58,528 bases of DNA from Flectonema sp. DT1601 (lineage: Eukaryota), in contig OZ025785.1 of the NCBI GenBank assembly GCA_964019425.1, positions 1,674,001-1,732,528 on the forward strand. Direction: 5' to 3'. The number at the start of each line of letters is the position of its first letter. Positions within the stretch are counted from its first letter, which is position 1. Under the pieces are notes generated by a model. The model ran no database searches. It was not told the DNA's origin and worked only from the letters and a program-made list of their open reading frames with translations. Positions 11,485 to 23,593 of the stretch are shown piece after piece. The position numbers and the translations under genes were made by a program.

Positions 11485-14400
11485 TCTGAACCATCTCCAC
11501 CTTGGGTTCGAATTGTTTTTGGATCGACTTTTCATCTTCTTCATCTTGTTGTTGTTTTTTTGATATTCCCTTCGTTTGTGTTGCTCTCGTCACTCATTGG
11601 CTCTTGTTATGCCAGAACATTAAAAAAAAAAAAAAAAAAAAAAAAGAAGTATTAATCGACTTGTTTTTCAGTTCTTTTTAATTTTTATATAAACATTGCA
11701 CGCAGGGATTGCTCGGAGTAACTTCACCCATTTGAAAATCTCCTGGCAACCCCTGCGTGCATTGGGGTTTTGGGGTTCTTTTTTCTTTTGTACAAATAAC
11801 CGGAAGTCATTTTCACCTAATTTAATATCTTCCGGGTACTGCTTTAATTTGTTCTGTTTTGTTAATTTTCTTGAAAAGAATACTTGCCCTCCATAATAGC
11901 GACTGTACTTCCTGTCTCGATCGTCCAATCCCACACCCAAACCCATAGCCACCAAAAAAAATAAACAAATAAATAATAGTAATTAAAAAAAAAAAAAACT
12001 TCACCGACCATTCTTCATGTTTTTTCTCAATTTCGCACATCCCAATCTCTGCCCCTCTTTTTTCAGGTGTACAGTCGCTGAATGAATATTAGTGTCTTGC
12101 CTTTTCCTTTTTTTTAATTTTAATTTTAATTTTAATTTTTTGTTTTTTTTCAACACACTCGCAAGTAAAAACCCTTCTTCCCTTTCCTCATCGTTGAGTA
12201 ACTTTTCACACTCACTCACCGTTTTAATCTCATTAGGGTGGAGGGGGGAATACTTGCACGGAGAGTTTACCTTGATATTCATTTTAGTTTTTACACGCAA
12301 TGCTTCACTTTTCTTAATTGGGTGGTTGTGTATGTTTTTTTCTCGTAAGGTTGGAAAGAAAGGAAATTGTCCGATTTTCCGTCGGTTGGTGTGTCTGTGG
12401 AAAGATTTGTTTTGTTGGAGGAGGTTGTATGTTTCCTTTTCTGGTTTTCTGGTTTTCTGGTTTTCTTTTTTTTTTTTTTTTTTGTGAGATGTGGTTTTTA
12501 GGATGTTTATTTATCTTTTTTTTTTTTTTGGGTGTCCTTGTGTTGGATTCCAAAATGCAAATTAAGTAAAATAAAATAAAATGAATTCCTTTTTCTTTCT
12601 TTCTTCTTCATTCTAATCAGTCCAGTGACCGTTGGTCCTGTCTTGATTAGTTTTGTGGTTGTCAGAAAGAAGTGACCGTGTTCCCTTTTGCCCCCGTGTT
12701 GCGGGAGGTTTGTTTCTGTTTTATATTTTTGGGAAAAAGAGATGAAACCTAAGCTGTGGCAGCGACCTTTTTCTTTTCTTCAATTTGATTCTTTCATTTT
12801 GACTTCTGTTTGTGTGATGTGTCACAACAACTGAGAGGAGCCAACCTGTCAGTGTTGTTGTGTATTCCGCAGACGGATTCGATTCCATCTCATTTTGGAG
12901 ATGAGAGAGATGGGAGTCGATTATATTTATTTGGGTCTGCTGTTAGCACAGTTGTACTCTTTTTGTGATTTCATGTATCTTGTTGGTCATGTCTGCTTTG
13001 CTTGGTTTCATCTGCTTCTGCGCGGTCCGAATTCAAGACTGCTGCTTGTTGGGTTTAGAGCAGTGGGTCTAATTAATAGTTGATAATAACTTGTTGAATG
13101 TGTGTTCCCATTATTTATTATCATCATCATCGTTCTTCCCTCAGTTCCTCTGCGAAGTCGCGGAGGGGTATGAGGAAAATGATAAATGTGATGATGATGA
13201 TGAAAATGATGGGTTTTTCTTGAAAACATGTGTATTCCCTGCTTCTGTGGGTGTTTGCTTTGTTTTCTTCCCTTTCCGTTGAATATTAATTTACACTATT
13301 CTTTTCCTTTTTCCTTTTTCCTTTTATTTTTCTTTCTTGTGGGTTGTTGTTGTTATTGTTAACATTATAGTGCACAACACAACACAACCCACAAAAACAC
13401 ATGCTCTCTCTCCTTCCTGTCTTCTTCTTCTTCATGTCTTCTCATGTATGTTGAAGTGTTAGGTTGGAGGGAAATCACCATCTGGCTTCTCGTTCTTCGT
13501 TTCCTCCGTTTTCGGAGTGGTTGAAGGAGAGGCGATTAATCCTTTTTTTAGGCTAATGTCCTTGTTTTGAGTTCTGTTTTGTTTTGTTTTTTTAGTTTTT
13601 TTTATTTTCATCAGTTCAGTTTATATCGAATATTTGATTGTTAGTTTTTGAGAAGTAAATGTGTTTTGAGTGATCTCCGTTGAAGATAGAGATCGTTGTA
13701 AAAGTGTTTTCTTTTTTTGTTTATTTTACCGTTGATGTGCCTTTCTTGGACAGCTTCGGGTGCATACAACCGACTCCTTCATTTTTTAATCTTCTTCAGC
13801 AATACCCTTCCTTTTGTTTTTTAATTGTAGCCTTACATTATCATTACACCAACCTCCCCAGTTGAAGCATTGCAATTTTTAATTTCCAAAAGAATATCTG
13901 AATCTGTGAAAGTGTGTTGGGTCCTTTTTTGTTTTTATTTTTATTTTTATTTTAATTCCATCTCTTTTTTCCTTCAACCGTTTATCCTCGTTTTTCTCTT
14001 TTCGAGTACAGGATAAAGAAGGAAGTGAAGTGATGGCGATGAGGCAAGGAATAAAGTGTTTTTCTTAAAAAAAAATAAAAATAAGGCAAGTAACATGGGG
14101 GAAACTTTCCCTGTGTAATCTTCAAAAAAATAAAAAAAAAATAAAAAAAAGGGGTTCCACTCCCCGCTAATCAAAAAAAAAACAAACAAATACATACATA
14201 CATACGTACATAAATAAAAAAAAACAACCAAGAAAAATAAAAATAATAATAACAAACAAAAAAATATAAATAGCAGGGGAACCTCCCTGTGAAAATAAAA
14301 TAAAAAAAAAATACAAAAAAAGGGTTCCACTTCCCTAATAATTGATGTGTCTCAAAACGTTTGTTGATGTTGTTCAGATTATTGTCTTCTACAGGTTCAG

Positions 14401-14570
14401 GAAATTTAATGAAAGCCACAAGATGGAGAACAGCAGGGAGGAGGGGGTTCGTTGGGGGGAATAATGTGTTTTGTTTTATTGGGACCCTGAGTACGAGTGA
14501 TTGGTGTATTGTTGTAATTATCTTTTTTATTTCCACAGGCAGCCGTATCGAAAAGTTCTAAACCTAAATC

Positions 14571-15503
14571 ATGTTCTGGACAACGTTAACGCCGTGGGAG
14601 TCCGAGGAGGAGATCCAACGCGGTGTTGGGAATGAGAGTGGGAGAGGCACCAGTAAGCACGGTGCCTCTCCCAGAAGGGAGCATCAGAGACGGAGAGAGT
14701 CTCAGGAGAGGGAACGAAGGGACTTGCTTCGGGGAGTGAAGGACGCGATTCGTGTTTCGGAAGATCGGGAGCAGCCGGAGGAGCAGCCATCGTTGGTGCA
14801 GCCACTACTACTACCACAAGAACAAGAAGAACATCAACAGCTACAGCATCAACAGCAGCAGCCGTCACTACCACTACCGACGTTATATCGACCAACGCAG
14901 CAGGGGGCGACTTCGACATTACAACATCAGCAACCTCAGCAAGAACAACGTAGAGGGCAACAACTGCAGCAAGAACAACAACAACAACAACCACTACTAC
15001 TTCAGCATTCAGTACCTCAGCCGCTCACATCACAGCGTGTTTGGGGCGAACCACTGGCACAACCACAACCACAACCACAACCACAAGTACGTGCATTGTC
15101 GCTGAGCCATCCACAAGCGATGATGCCAAACAGACAACCGCGGAGTTCATTCCGAGACCGGATGACCACCGACGCACCAACGGATGGCGACTTCTTCGTG
15201 AGACAGCTTTGTGCATGTCTTCTCGCGACAGTTATTTTGTTGTTATGTGTTGTTTATTTTGCTCGTGCGAACCCCAAAGTCGTTGAAGGATTCGGGGCTT
15301 TTTTTTCCGTTTTTCTTTTCGTAGCGAAATTGTACATTTCTCTTTTCCCTCCTCCTGTACTGATCATTGCGGTGATCAGTAGTTGGTACACGTCTACCGA
15401 TTGGAAGGAATTTTTGTTTCGCTTGTGTACTTTTCCCATCCAGGTAGTCGTCTACCTGGGGGGAGTAAGTGGATTGCTGGGAAGTCGCCAGGTTAAGAAA
15501 TGA
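14571..15503 (+). CDS. Hypothetical 310-aa Q-rich membrane protein, copy 4
   Basis: Translation identical to copy 1. Confidence 0.7.
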   Translation: MFWTTLTPWESEEEIQRGVGNESGRGTSKHGASPRREHQRRRESQERERRDLLRGVKDAIRVSEDREQPEEQPSLVQPLLLPQEQEEHQQLQHQQQQPSLPLPTLYRPTQQGATSTLQHQQPQQEQRRGQQLQQEQQQQQPLLLQHSVPQPLTSQRVWGEPLAQPQPQPQPQVRALSLSHPQAMMPNRQPRSSFRDRMTTDAPTDGDFFVRQLCACLLATVILLLCVVYFARANPKVVEGFGAFFSVFLFVAKLYISLFPPPVLIIAVISSWYTSTDWKEFLFRLCTFPIQVVVYLGGVSGLLGSRQVKK

Positions 15504-18500
15504 TCTGAACCATCTCCACCTTGGGTTCGAATTGTTTTTGGATCGACTTTTCATCTTCTTCATCTTGTTGTTGTTTTTTTGATATTCCCTTCGTTTGTGT
15601 TGCTCTCGTCACTCATTGGCTCTTGTTATGCCAGAACATTAAAAAAAAAAAAAAAAAAAAAAAAGAAGTATTAATCGACTTGTTTTTCAGTTCTTTTTAA
15701 TTTTTATATAAACATTGCACGCAGGGATTGCTCGGAGTAACTTCACCCATTTGAAAATCTCCTGGCAACCCCTGCGTGCATTGGGGTTTTGGGGTTCTTT
15801 TTTCTTTTGTACAAATAACCGGAAGTCATTTTCACCTAATTTAATATCTTCCGGGTACTGCTTTAATTTGTTCTGTTTTGTTAATTTTCTTGAAAAGAAT
15901 ACTTGCCCTCCATAATAGCGACTGTACTTCCTGTCTCGATCGTCCAATCCCACACCCAAACCCATAGCCACCAAAAAAAATAAACAAATAAATAATAGTA
16001 ATTAAAAAAAAAAAAAACTTCACCGACCATTCTTCATGTTTTTTCTCAATTTCGCACATCCCAATCTCTGCCCCTCTTTTTTCAGGTGTACAGTCGCTGA
16101 ATGAATATTAGTGTCTTGCCTTTTCCTTTTTTTTAATTTTAATTTTAATTTTAATTTTTTGTTTTTTTTCAACACACTCGCAAGTAAAAACCCTTCTTCC
16201 CTTTCCTCATCGTTGAGTAACTTTTCACACTCACTCACCGTTTTAATCTCATTAGGGTGGAGGGGGGAATACTTGCACGGAGAGTTTACCTTGATATTCA
16301 TTTTAGTTTTTACACGCAATGCTTCACTTTTCTTAATTGGGTGGTTGTGTATGTTTTTTTCTCGTAAGGTTGGAAAGAAAGGAAATTGTCCGATTTTCCG
16401 TCGGTTGGTGTGTCTGTGGAAAGATTTGTTTTGTTGGAGGAGGTTGTATGTTTCCTTTTCTGGTTTTCTGGTTTTCTTTTTTTTTTTTTTTTTTGTGAGA
16501 TGTGGTTTTTAGGATGTTTATTTATCTTTTTTTTTTTTTTGGGTGTCCTTGTGTTGGATTCCAAAATGCAAATTAAGTAAAATAAAATAAAATGAATTCC
16601 TTTTTCTTTCTTTCTTCTTCATTCTAATCAGTCCAGTGACCGTTGGTCCTGTCTTGATTAGTTTTGTGGTTGTCAGAAAGAAGTGACCGTGTTCCCTTTT
16701 GCCCCCGTGTTGCGGGAGGTTTGTTTCTGTTTTATATTTTTGGGAAAAAGAGATGAAACCTAAGCTGTGGCAGCGACCTTTTTCTTTTCTTCAATTTGAT
16801 TCTTTCATTTTGACTTCTGTTTGTGTGATGTGTCACAACAACTGAGAGGAGCCAACCTGTCAGTGTTGTTGTGTATTCCGCAGACGGATTCGATTCCATC
16901 TCATTTTGGAGATGAGAGAGATGGGAGTCGATTATATTTATTTGGGTCTGCTGTTAGCACAGTTGTACTCTTTTTGTGATTTCATGTATCTTGTTGGTCA
17001 TGTCTGCTTTGCTTGGTTTCATCTGCTTCTGCGCGGTCCGAATTCAAGACTGCTGCTTGTTGGGTTTAGAGCAGTGGGTCTAATTAATAGTTGATAATAA
17101 CTTGTTGAATGTGTGTTCCCATTATTTATTATCATCATCATCGTTCTATCGTTCTTCCCTCAGTTCCTCTGCGAAGTCGCGGAGGGGTATGAGGAAAATG
17201 ATAAATGTGATGATGATGATGAAAATGATGGGTTTTTCTTGAAAACATGTGTATTCCCTGCTTCTGTGGGTGTTTGCTTTGTTTTCTTCCCTTTCCGTTG
17301 AATATTAATTTACACTATTCTTTTCCTTTTTCCTTTTTCCTTTTATTTTTCTTTCTTGTGGGTTGTTGTTGTTATTGTTAACATTATAGTGCACAACACA
17401 ACACAACCCACAAAAACACATGCTCTCTCTCCTTCCTGTCTTCTTCTTCTTCATGTCTTCTCATGTATGTTGAAGTGTTAGGTTGGAGGGAAATCACCAT
17501 CTGGCTTCTCGTTCTTCGTTTCCTCCGTTTTCGGAGTGGTTGAAGGAGAGGCGATTAATCCTTTTTTTAGGCTAATGTCCTTGTTTTGAGTTCTGTTTTG
17601 TTTTGTTTTTTTAGTTTTTTTTATTTTCATCAGTTCAGTTTATATCGAATATTTGATTGTTAGTTTTTGAGAAGTAAATGTGTTTTGAGTGATCTCCGTT
17701 GAAGATAGAGATCGTTGTAAAAGTGTTTTCTTTTTTTGTTTATTTTACCGTTGATGTGCCTTTCTTGGACAGCTTCGGGTGCATACAACCGACTCCTTCA
17801 TTTTTTAATCTTCTTCAGCAATACCCTTCCTTTTGTTTTTTAATTGTAGCCTTACATTATCATTACACCAACCTCCCCAGTTGAAGCATTGCAATTTTTA
17901 ATTTCCAAAAGAATATCTGAATCTGTGAAAGTATGTTGGGTCCTTTTTTGTTTTTATTTTTATTTTTATTTTAATTCCATCTCTTTTTTCCTTCAACCGT
18001 TTATCCTCGTTTTTCTCTTTTCGAGTACAGGATAAAGAAGGAAGTGAAGTGATGGCGATGAGGCAAGGAATAAAGTGTTTTTCTTAAAAAAAAATAAAAA
18101 TAAGGCAAGTAACATGGGGGAAACTTTCCCTGTGTAATCTTCAAAAAAATAAAAAAAAAATAAAAAAAAGGGGTTCCACTCCCCGCTAATCAAAAAAAAA
18201 ACAAACAAATACATACATACATACATACATACATACATACATACATACATACGTACATAAATAAAAAAAAACAACCAAGAAAAATAAAAATAATAATAAC
18301 AAACAAAAAAATATAAATAGCAGGGGAACCTCCCTGTGAAAATAAAATAAAAAAAAAATACAAAAAAAGGGTTCCACTTCCCTAATAATTGATGTGTCTC
18401 AAAACGTTTGTTGATGTTGTTCAGATTATTGTCTTCTACAGGTTCAGGAAATTTAATGAAAGCCACAAGATGGAGAACAGCAGGGAGGAGGGGGTTCGTT

Positions 18501-18617
18501 GGGGGGAATAATGTGTTTTGTTTTATTGGGACCCTGAGTACGAGTGATTGGTGTATTGTTGTAATTATCTTTTTTATTTCCACAGGCAGCCGTATCGAAA
18601 AGTTCTAAACCTAAATC

Positions 18618-19550
18618 ATGTTCTGGACAACGTTAACGCCGTGGGAGTCCGAGGAGGAGATCCAACGCGGTGTTGGGAATGAGAGTGGGAGAGGCACCAG
18701 TAAGCACGGTGCCTCTCCCAGAAGGGAGCATCAGAGACGGAGAGAGTCTCAGGAGAGGGAACGAAGGGACTTGCTTCGGGGAGTGAAGGACGCGATTCGT
18801 GTTTCGGAAGATCGGGAGCAGCCGGAGGAGCAGCCATCGTTGGTGCAGCCACTACTACTACCACAAGAACAAGAAGAACATCAACAGCTACAGCATCAAC
18901 AGCAGCAGCCGTCACTACCACTACCGACGTTATATCGACCAACGCAGCAGGGGGCGACTTCGACATTACAACATCAGCAACCTCAGCAAGAACAACGTAG
19001 AGGGCAACAACTGCAGCAAGAACAACAACAACAACAACCACTACTACTTCAGCATTCAGTACCTCAGCCGCTCACATCACAGCGTGTTTGGGGCGAACCA
19101 CTGGCACAACCACAACCACAACCACAACCACAAGTACGTGCATTGTCGCTGAGCCATCCACAAGCGATGATGCCAAACAGACAACCGCGGAGTTCATTCC
19201 GAGACCGGATGACCACCGACGCACCAACGGATGGCGACTTCTTCGTGAGACAGCTTTGTGCATGTCTTCTCGCGACAGTTATTTTGTTGTTATGTGTTGT
19301 TTATTTTGCTCGTGCGAACCCCAAAGTCGTTGAAGGATTCGGGGCTTTTTTTTCCGTTTTTCTTTTCGTAGCGAAATTGTACATTTCTCTTTTCCCTCCT
19401 CCTGTACTGATCATTGCGGTGATCAGTAGTTGGTACACGTCTACCGATTGGAAGGAATTTTTGTTTCGCTTGTGTACTTTTCCCATCCAGGTAGTCGTCT
19501 ACCTGGGGGGAGTAAGTGGATTGCTGGGAAGTCGCCAGGTTAAGAAATGA
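18618..19550 (+). CDS. Hypothetical 310-aa Q-rich membrane protein, copy 5
   Basis: Translation identical to copy 1. Confidence 0.7.
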   Translation: MFWTTLTPWESEEEIQRGVGNESGRGTSKHGASPRREHQRRRESQERERRDLLRGVKDAIRVSEDREQPEEQPSLVQPLLLPQEQEEHQQLQHQQQQPSLPLPTLYRPTQQGATSTLQHQQPQQEQRRGQQLQQEQQQQQPLLLQHSVPQPLTSQRVWGEPLAQPQPQPQPQVRALSLSHPQAMMPNRQPRSSFRDRMTTDAPTDGDFFVRQLCACLLATVILLLCVVYFARANPKVVEGFGAFFSVFLFVAKLYISLFPPPVLIIAVISSWYTSTDWKEFLFRLCTFPIQVVVYLGGVSGLLGSRQVKK

Positions 19551-22500
19551 TCTGAACCATCTCCACCTTGGGTTCGAATTGTTTTTGGATCGACTTTTCA
19601 TCTTCTTCATCTTGTTGTTGTTTTTTTGATATTCCCTTCGTTTGTGTTGCTCTCGTCACTCATTGGCTCTTGTTATGCCAGAACATTAAAAAAAAAAAAA
19701 AAAAAAAAAAAGAAGTATTAATCGACTTGTTTTTCAGTTCTTTTTAATTTTTATATAAACATTGCACGCAGGGATTGCTCGGAGTAACTTCACCCATTTG
19801 AAAATCTCCTGGCAACCCCTGCGTGCATTGGGGTTTTGGGGTTCTTTTTTCTTTTGTACAAATAACCGGAAGTCATTTTCACCTAATTTAATATCTTCCG
19901 GGTACTGCTTTAATTTGTTCTGTTTTGTTAATTTTCTTGAAAAGAATACTTGCCCTCCATAATAGCGACTGTACTTCCTGTCTCGATCGTCCAATCCCAC
20001 ACCCAAACCCATAGCCACCAAAAAAAATAAACAAATAAATAATAGTAATTAAAAAAAAAAAAAACTTCACCGACCATTCTTCATGTTTTTTCTCAATTTC
20101 GCACATCCCAATCTCTGCCCCTCTTTTTTCAGGTGTACAGTCGCTGAATGAATATTAGTGTCTTGCCTTTTCCTTTTTTTTAATTTTAATTTTAATTTTA
20201 ATTTTTTGTTTTTTTTCAACACACTCGCAAGTAAAAACCCTTCTTCCCTTTCCTCATCGTTGAGTAACTTTTCACACTCACTCACCGTTTTAATCTCATT
20301 AGGGTGGAGGGGGGAATACTTGCACGGAGAGTTTACCTTGATATTCATTTTAGTTTTTACACGCAATGCTTCACTTTTCTTAATTGGGTGGTTGTGTATG
20401 TTTTTTTCTCGTAAGGTTGGAAAGAAAGGAAATTGTCCGATTTTCCGTCGGTTGGTGTGTCTGTGGAAAGATTTGTTTTGTTGGAGGAGGTTGTATGTTT
20501 CCTTTTCTGGTTTTCTGGTTTTCTGGTTTTCTTTTTTTTTTTTTTTTTTGTGAGATGTGGTTTTTAGGATGTTTATTTATCTTTTTTTTTTTTTTGGGTG
20601 TCCTTGTGTTGGATTCCAAAATGCAAATTAAGTAAAATAAAATAAAATGAATTCCTTTTTCTTTCTTTCTTCTTCATTCTAATCAGTCCAGTGACCGTTG
20701 GTCCTGTCTTGATTAGTTTTGTGGTTGTCAGAAAGAAGTGACCGTGTTCCCTTTTGCCCCCGTGTTGCGGGAGGTTTGTTTCTGTTTTATATTTTTGGGA
20801 AAAAGAGATGAAACCTAAGCTGTGGCAGCGACCTTTTTCTTTTCTTCAATTTGATTCTTTCATTTTGACTTCTGTTTGTGTGATGTGTCACAACAACTGA
20901 GAGGAGCCAACCTGTCAGTGTTGTTGTGTATTCCGCAGACGGATTCGATTCCATCTCATTTTGGAGATGAGAGAGATGGGAGTCGATTATATTTATTTGG
21001 GTCTGCTGTTAGCACAGTTGTACTCTTTTTGTGATTTCATGTATCTTGTTGGTCATGTCTGCTTTGCTTGGTTTCATCTGCTTCTGCGCGGTCCGAATTC
21101 AAGACTGCTGCTTGTTGGGTTTAGAGCAGTGGGTCTAATTAATAGTTGATAATAACTTGTTGAATGTGTGTTCCCATTATTTATTATCATCATCATCGTT
21201 CTTCCCTCAGTTCCTCTGCGAAGTCGCGGAGGGGTATGAGGAAAATGATAAATGTGATGATGATGATGAAAATGATGGGTTTTTCTTGAAAACATGTGTA
21301 TTCCCTGCTTCTGTGGGTGTTTGCTTTGTTTTCTTCCCTTTCCGTTGAATATTAATTTACACTATTCTTTTCCTTTTTCCTTTTTCCTTTTATTTTTCTT
21401 TCTTGTGGGTTGTTGTTGTTATTGTTAACATTATAGTGCACAACACAACACAACCCACAAAAACACATGCTCTCTCTCCTTCCTGTCTTCTTCTTCTTCA
21501 TGTCTTCTCATGTATGTTGAAGTGTTAGGTTGGAGGGAAATCACCATCTGGCTTCTCGTTCTTCGTTTCCTCCGTTTTCGGAGTGGTTGAAGGAGAGGCG
21601 ATTAATCCTTTTTTTAGGCTAATGTCCTTGTTTTGAGTTCTGTTTTGTTTTGTTTTTTTAGTTTTTTTTATTTTCATCAGTTCAGTTTATATCGAATATT
21701 TGATTGTTAGTTTTTGAGAAGTAAATGTGTTTTGAGTGATCTCCGTTGAAGATAGAGATCGTTGTAAAAGTGTTTTCTTTTTTTGTTTATTTTACCGTTG
21801 ATGTGCCTTTCTTGGACAGCTTCGGGTGCATACAACCGACTCCTTCATTTTTTAATCTTCTTCAGCAATACCCTTCCTTTTGTTTTTTAATTGTAGCCTT
21901 ACATTATCATTACACCAACCTCCCCAGTTGAAGCATTGCAATTTTTAATTTCCAAAAGAATATCTGAATCTGTGAAAGTATGTTGGGTCCTTTTTTGTTT
22001 TTATTTTTATTTTTATTTTAATTCCATCTCTTTTTTCCTTCAACCGTTTATCCTCGTTTTTCTCTTTTCGAGTACAGGATAAAGAAGGAAGTGAAGTGAT
22101 GGCGATGAGGCAAGGAATAAAGTGTTTTTCTTAAAAAAAAATAAAAATAAGGCAAGTAACATGGGGGAAACTTTCCCTGTGTAATCTTCAAAAAAATAAA
22201 AAAAAAATAAAAAAAAGGGGTTCCACTCCCCGCTAATCAAAAAAAAAACAAACAAATACATACATACATACATACATACATACATACATACATACGTACA
22301 TAAATAAAAAAAAACAACCAAGAAAAATAAAAATAATAATAACAAACAAAAAAATATAAATAGCAGGGGAACCTCCCTGTGAAAATAAAATAAAAAAAAA
22401 ATACAAAAAAAGGGTTCCACTTCCCTAATAATTGATGTGTCTCAAAACGTTTGTTGATGTTGTTCAGATTATTGTCTTCTACAGGTTCAGGAAATTTAAT

Positions 22501-22660
22501 GAAAGCCACAAGATGGAGAACAGCAGGGAGGAGGGGGTTCGTTGGGGGGAATAATGTGTTTTGTTTTATTGGGACCCTGAGTACGAGTGATTGGTGTATT
22601 GTTGTAATTATCTTTTTTATTTCCACAGGCAGCCGTATCGAAAAGTTCTAAACCTAAATC

Positions 22661-23593
22661 ATGTTCTGGACAACGTTAACGCCGTGGGAGTCCGAGGAGG
22701 AGATCCAACGCGGTGTTGGGAATGAGAGTGGGAGAGGCACCAGTAAGCACGGTGCCTCTCCCAGAAGGGAGCATCAGAGACGGAGAGAGTCTCAGGAGAG
22801 GGAACGAAGGGACTTGCTTCGGGGAGTGAAGGACGCGATTCGTGTTTCGGAAGATCGGGAGCAGCCGGAGGAGCAGCCATCGTTGGTGCAGCCACTACTA
22901 CTACCACAAGAACAAGAAGAACATCAACAGCTACAGCATCAACAGCAGCAGCCGTCACTACCACTACCGACGTTATATCGACCAACGCAGCAGGGGGCGA
23001 CTTCGACATTACAACATCAGCAACCTCAGCAAGAACAACGTAGAGGGCAACAACTGCAGCAAGAACAACAACAACAACAACCACTACTACTTCAGCATTC
23101 AGTACCTCAGCCGCTCACATCACAGCGTGTTTGGGGCGAACCACTGGCACAACCACAACCACAACCACAACCACAAGTACGTGCATTGTCGCTGAGCCAT
23201 CCACAAGCGATGATGCCAAACAGACAACCGCGGAGTTCATTCCGAGACCGGATGACCACCGACGCACCAACGGATGGCGACTTCTTCGTGAGACAGCTTT
23301 GTGCATGTCTTCTCGCGACAGTTATTTTGTTGTTATGTGTTGTTTATTTTGCTCGTGCGAACCCCAAAGTCGTTGAAGGATTCGGGGCTTTTTTTTCCGT
23401 TTTTCTTTTCGTAGCGAAATTGTACATTTCTCTTTTCCCTCCTCCTGTACTGATCATTGCGGTGATCAGTAGTTGGTACACGTCTACCGATTGGAAGGAA
23501 TTTTTGTTTCGCTTGTGTACTTTTCCCATCCAGGTAGTCGTCTACCTGGGGGGAGTAAGTGGATTGCTGGGAAGTCGCCAGGTTAAGAAATGA
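22661..23593 (+). CDS. Hypothetical 310-aa Q-rich membrane protein, copy 6
   Basis: Translation identical to copy 1. Confidence 0.7.
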   Translation: MFWTTLTPWESEEEIQRGVGNESGRGTSKHGASPRREHQRRRESQERERRDLLRGVKDAIRVSEDREQPEEQPSLVQPLLLPQEQEEHQQLQHQQQQPSLPLPTLYRPTQQGATSTLQHQQPQQEQRRGQQLQQEQQQQQPLLLQHSVPQPLTSQRVWGEPLAQPQPQPQPQVRALSLSHPQAMMPNRQPRSSFRDRMTTDAPTDGDFFVRQLCACLLATVILLLCVVYFARANPKVVEGFGAFFSVFLFVAKLYISLFPPPVLIIAVISSWYTSTDWKEFLFRLCTFPIQVVVYLGGVSGLLGSRQVKK

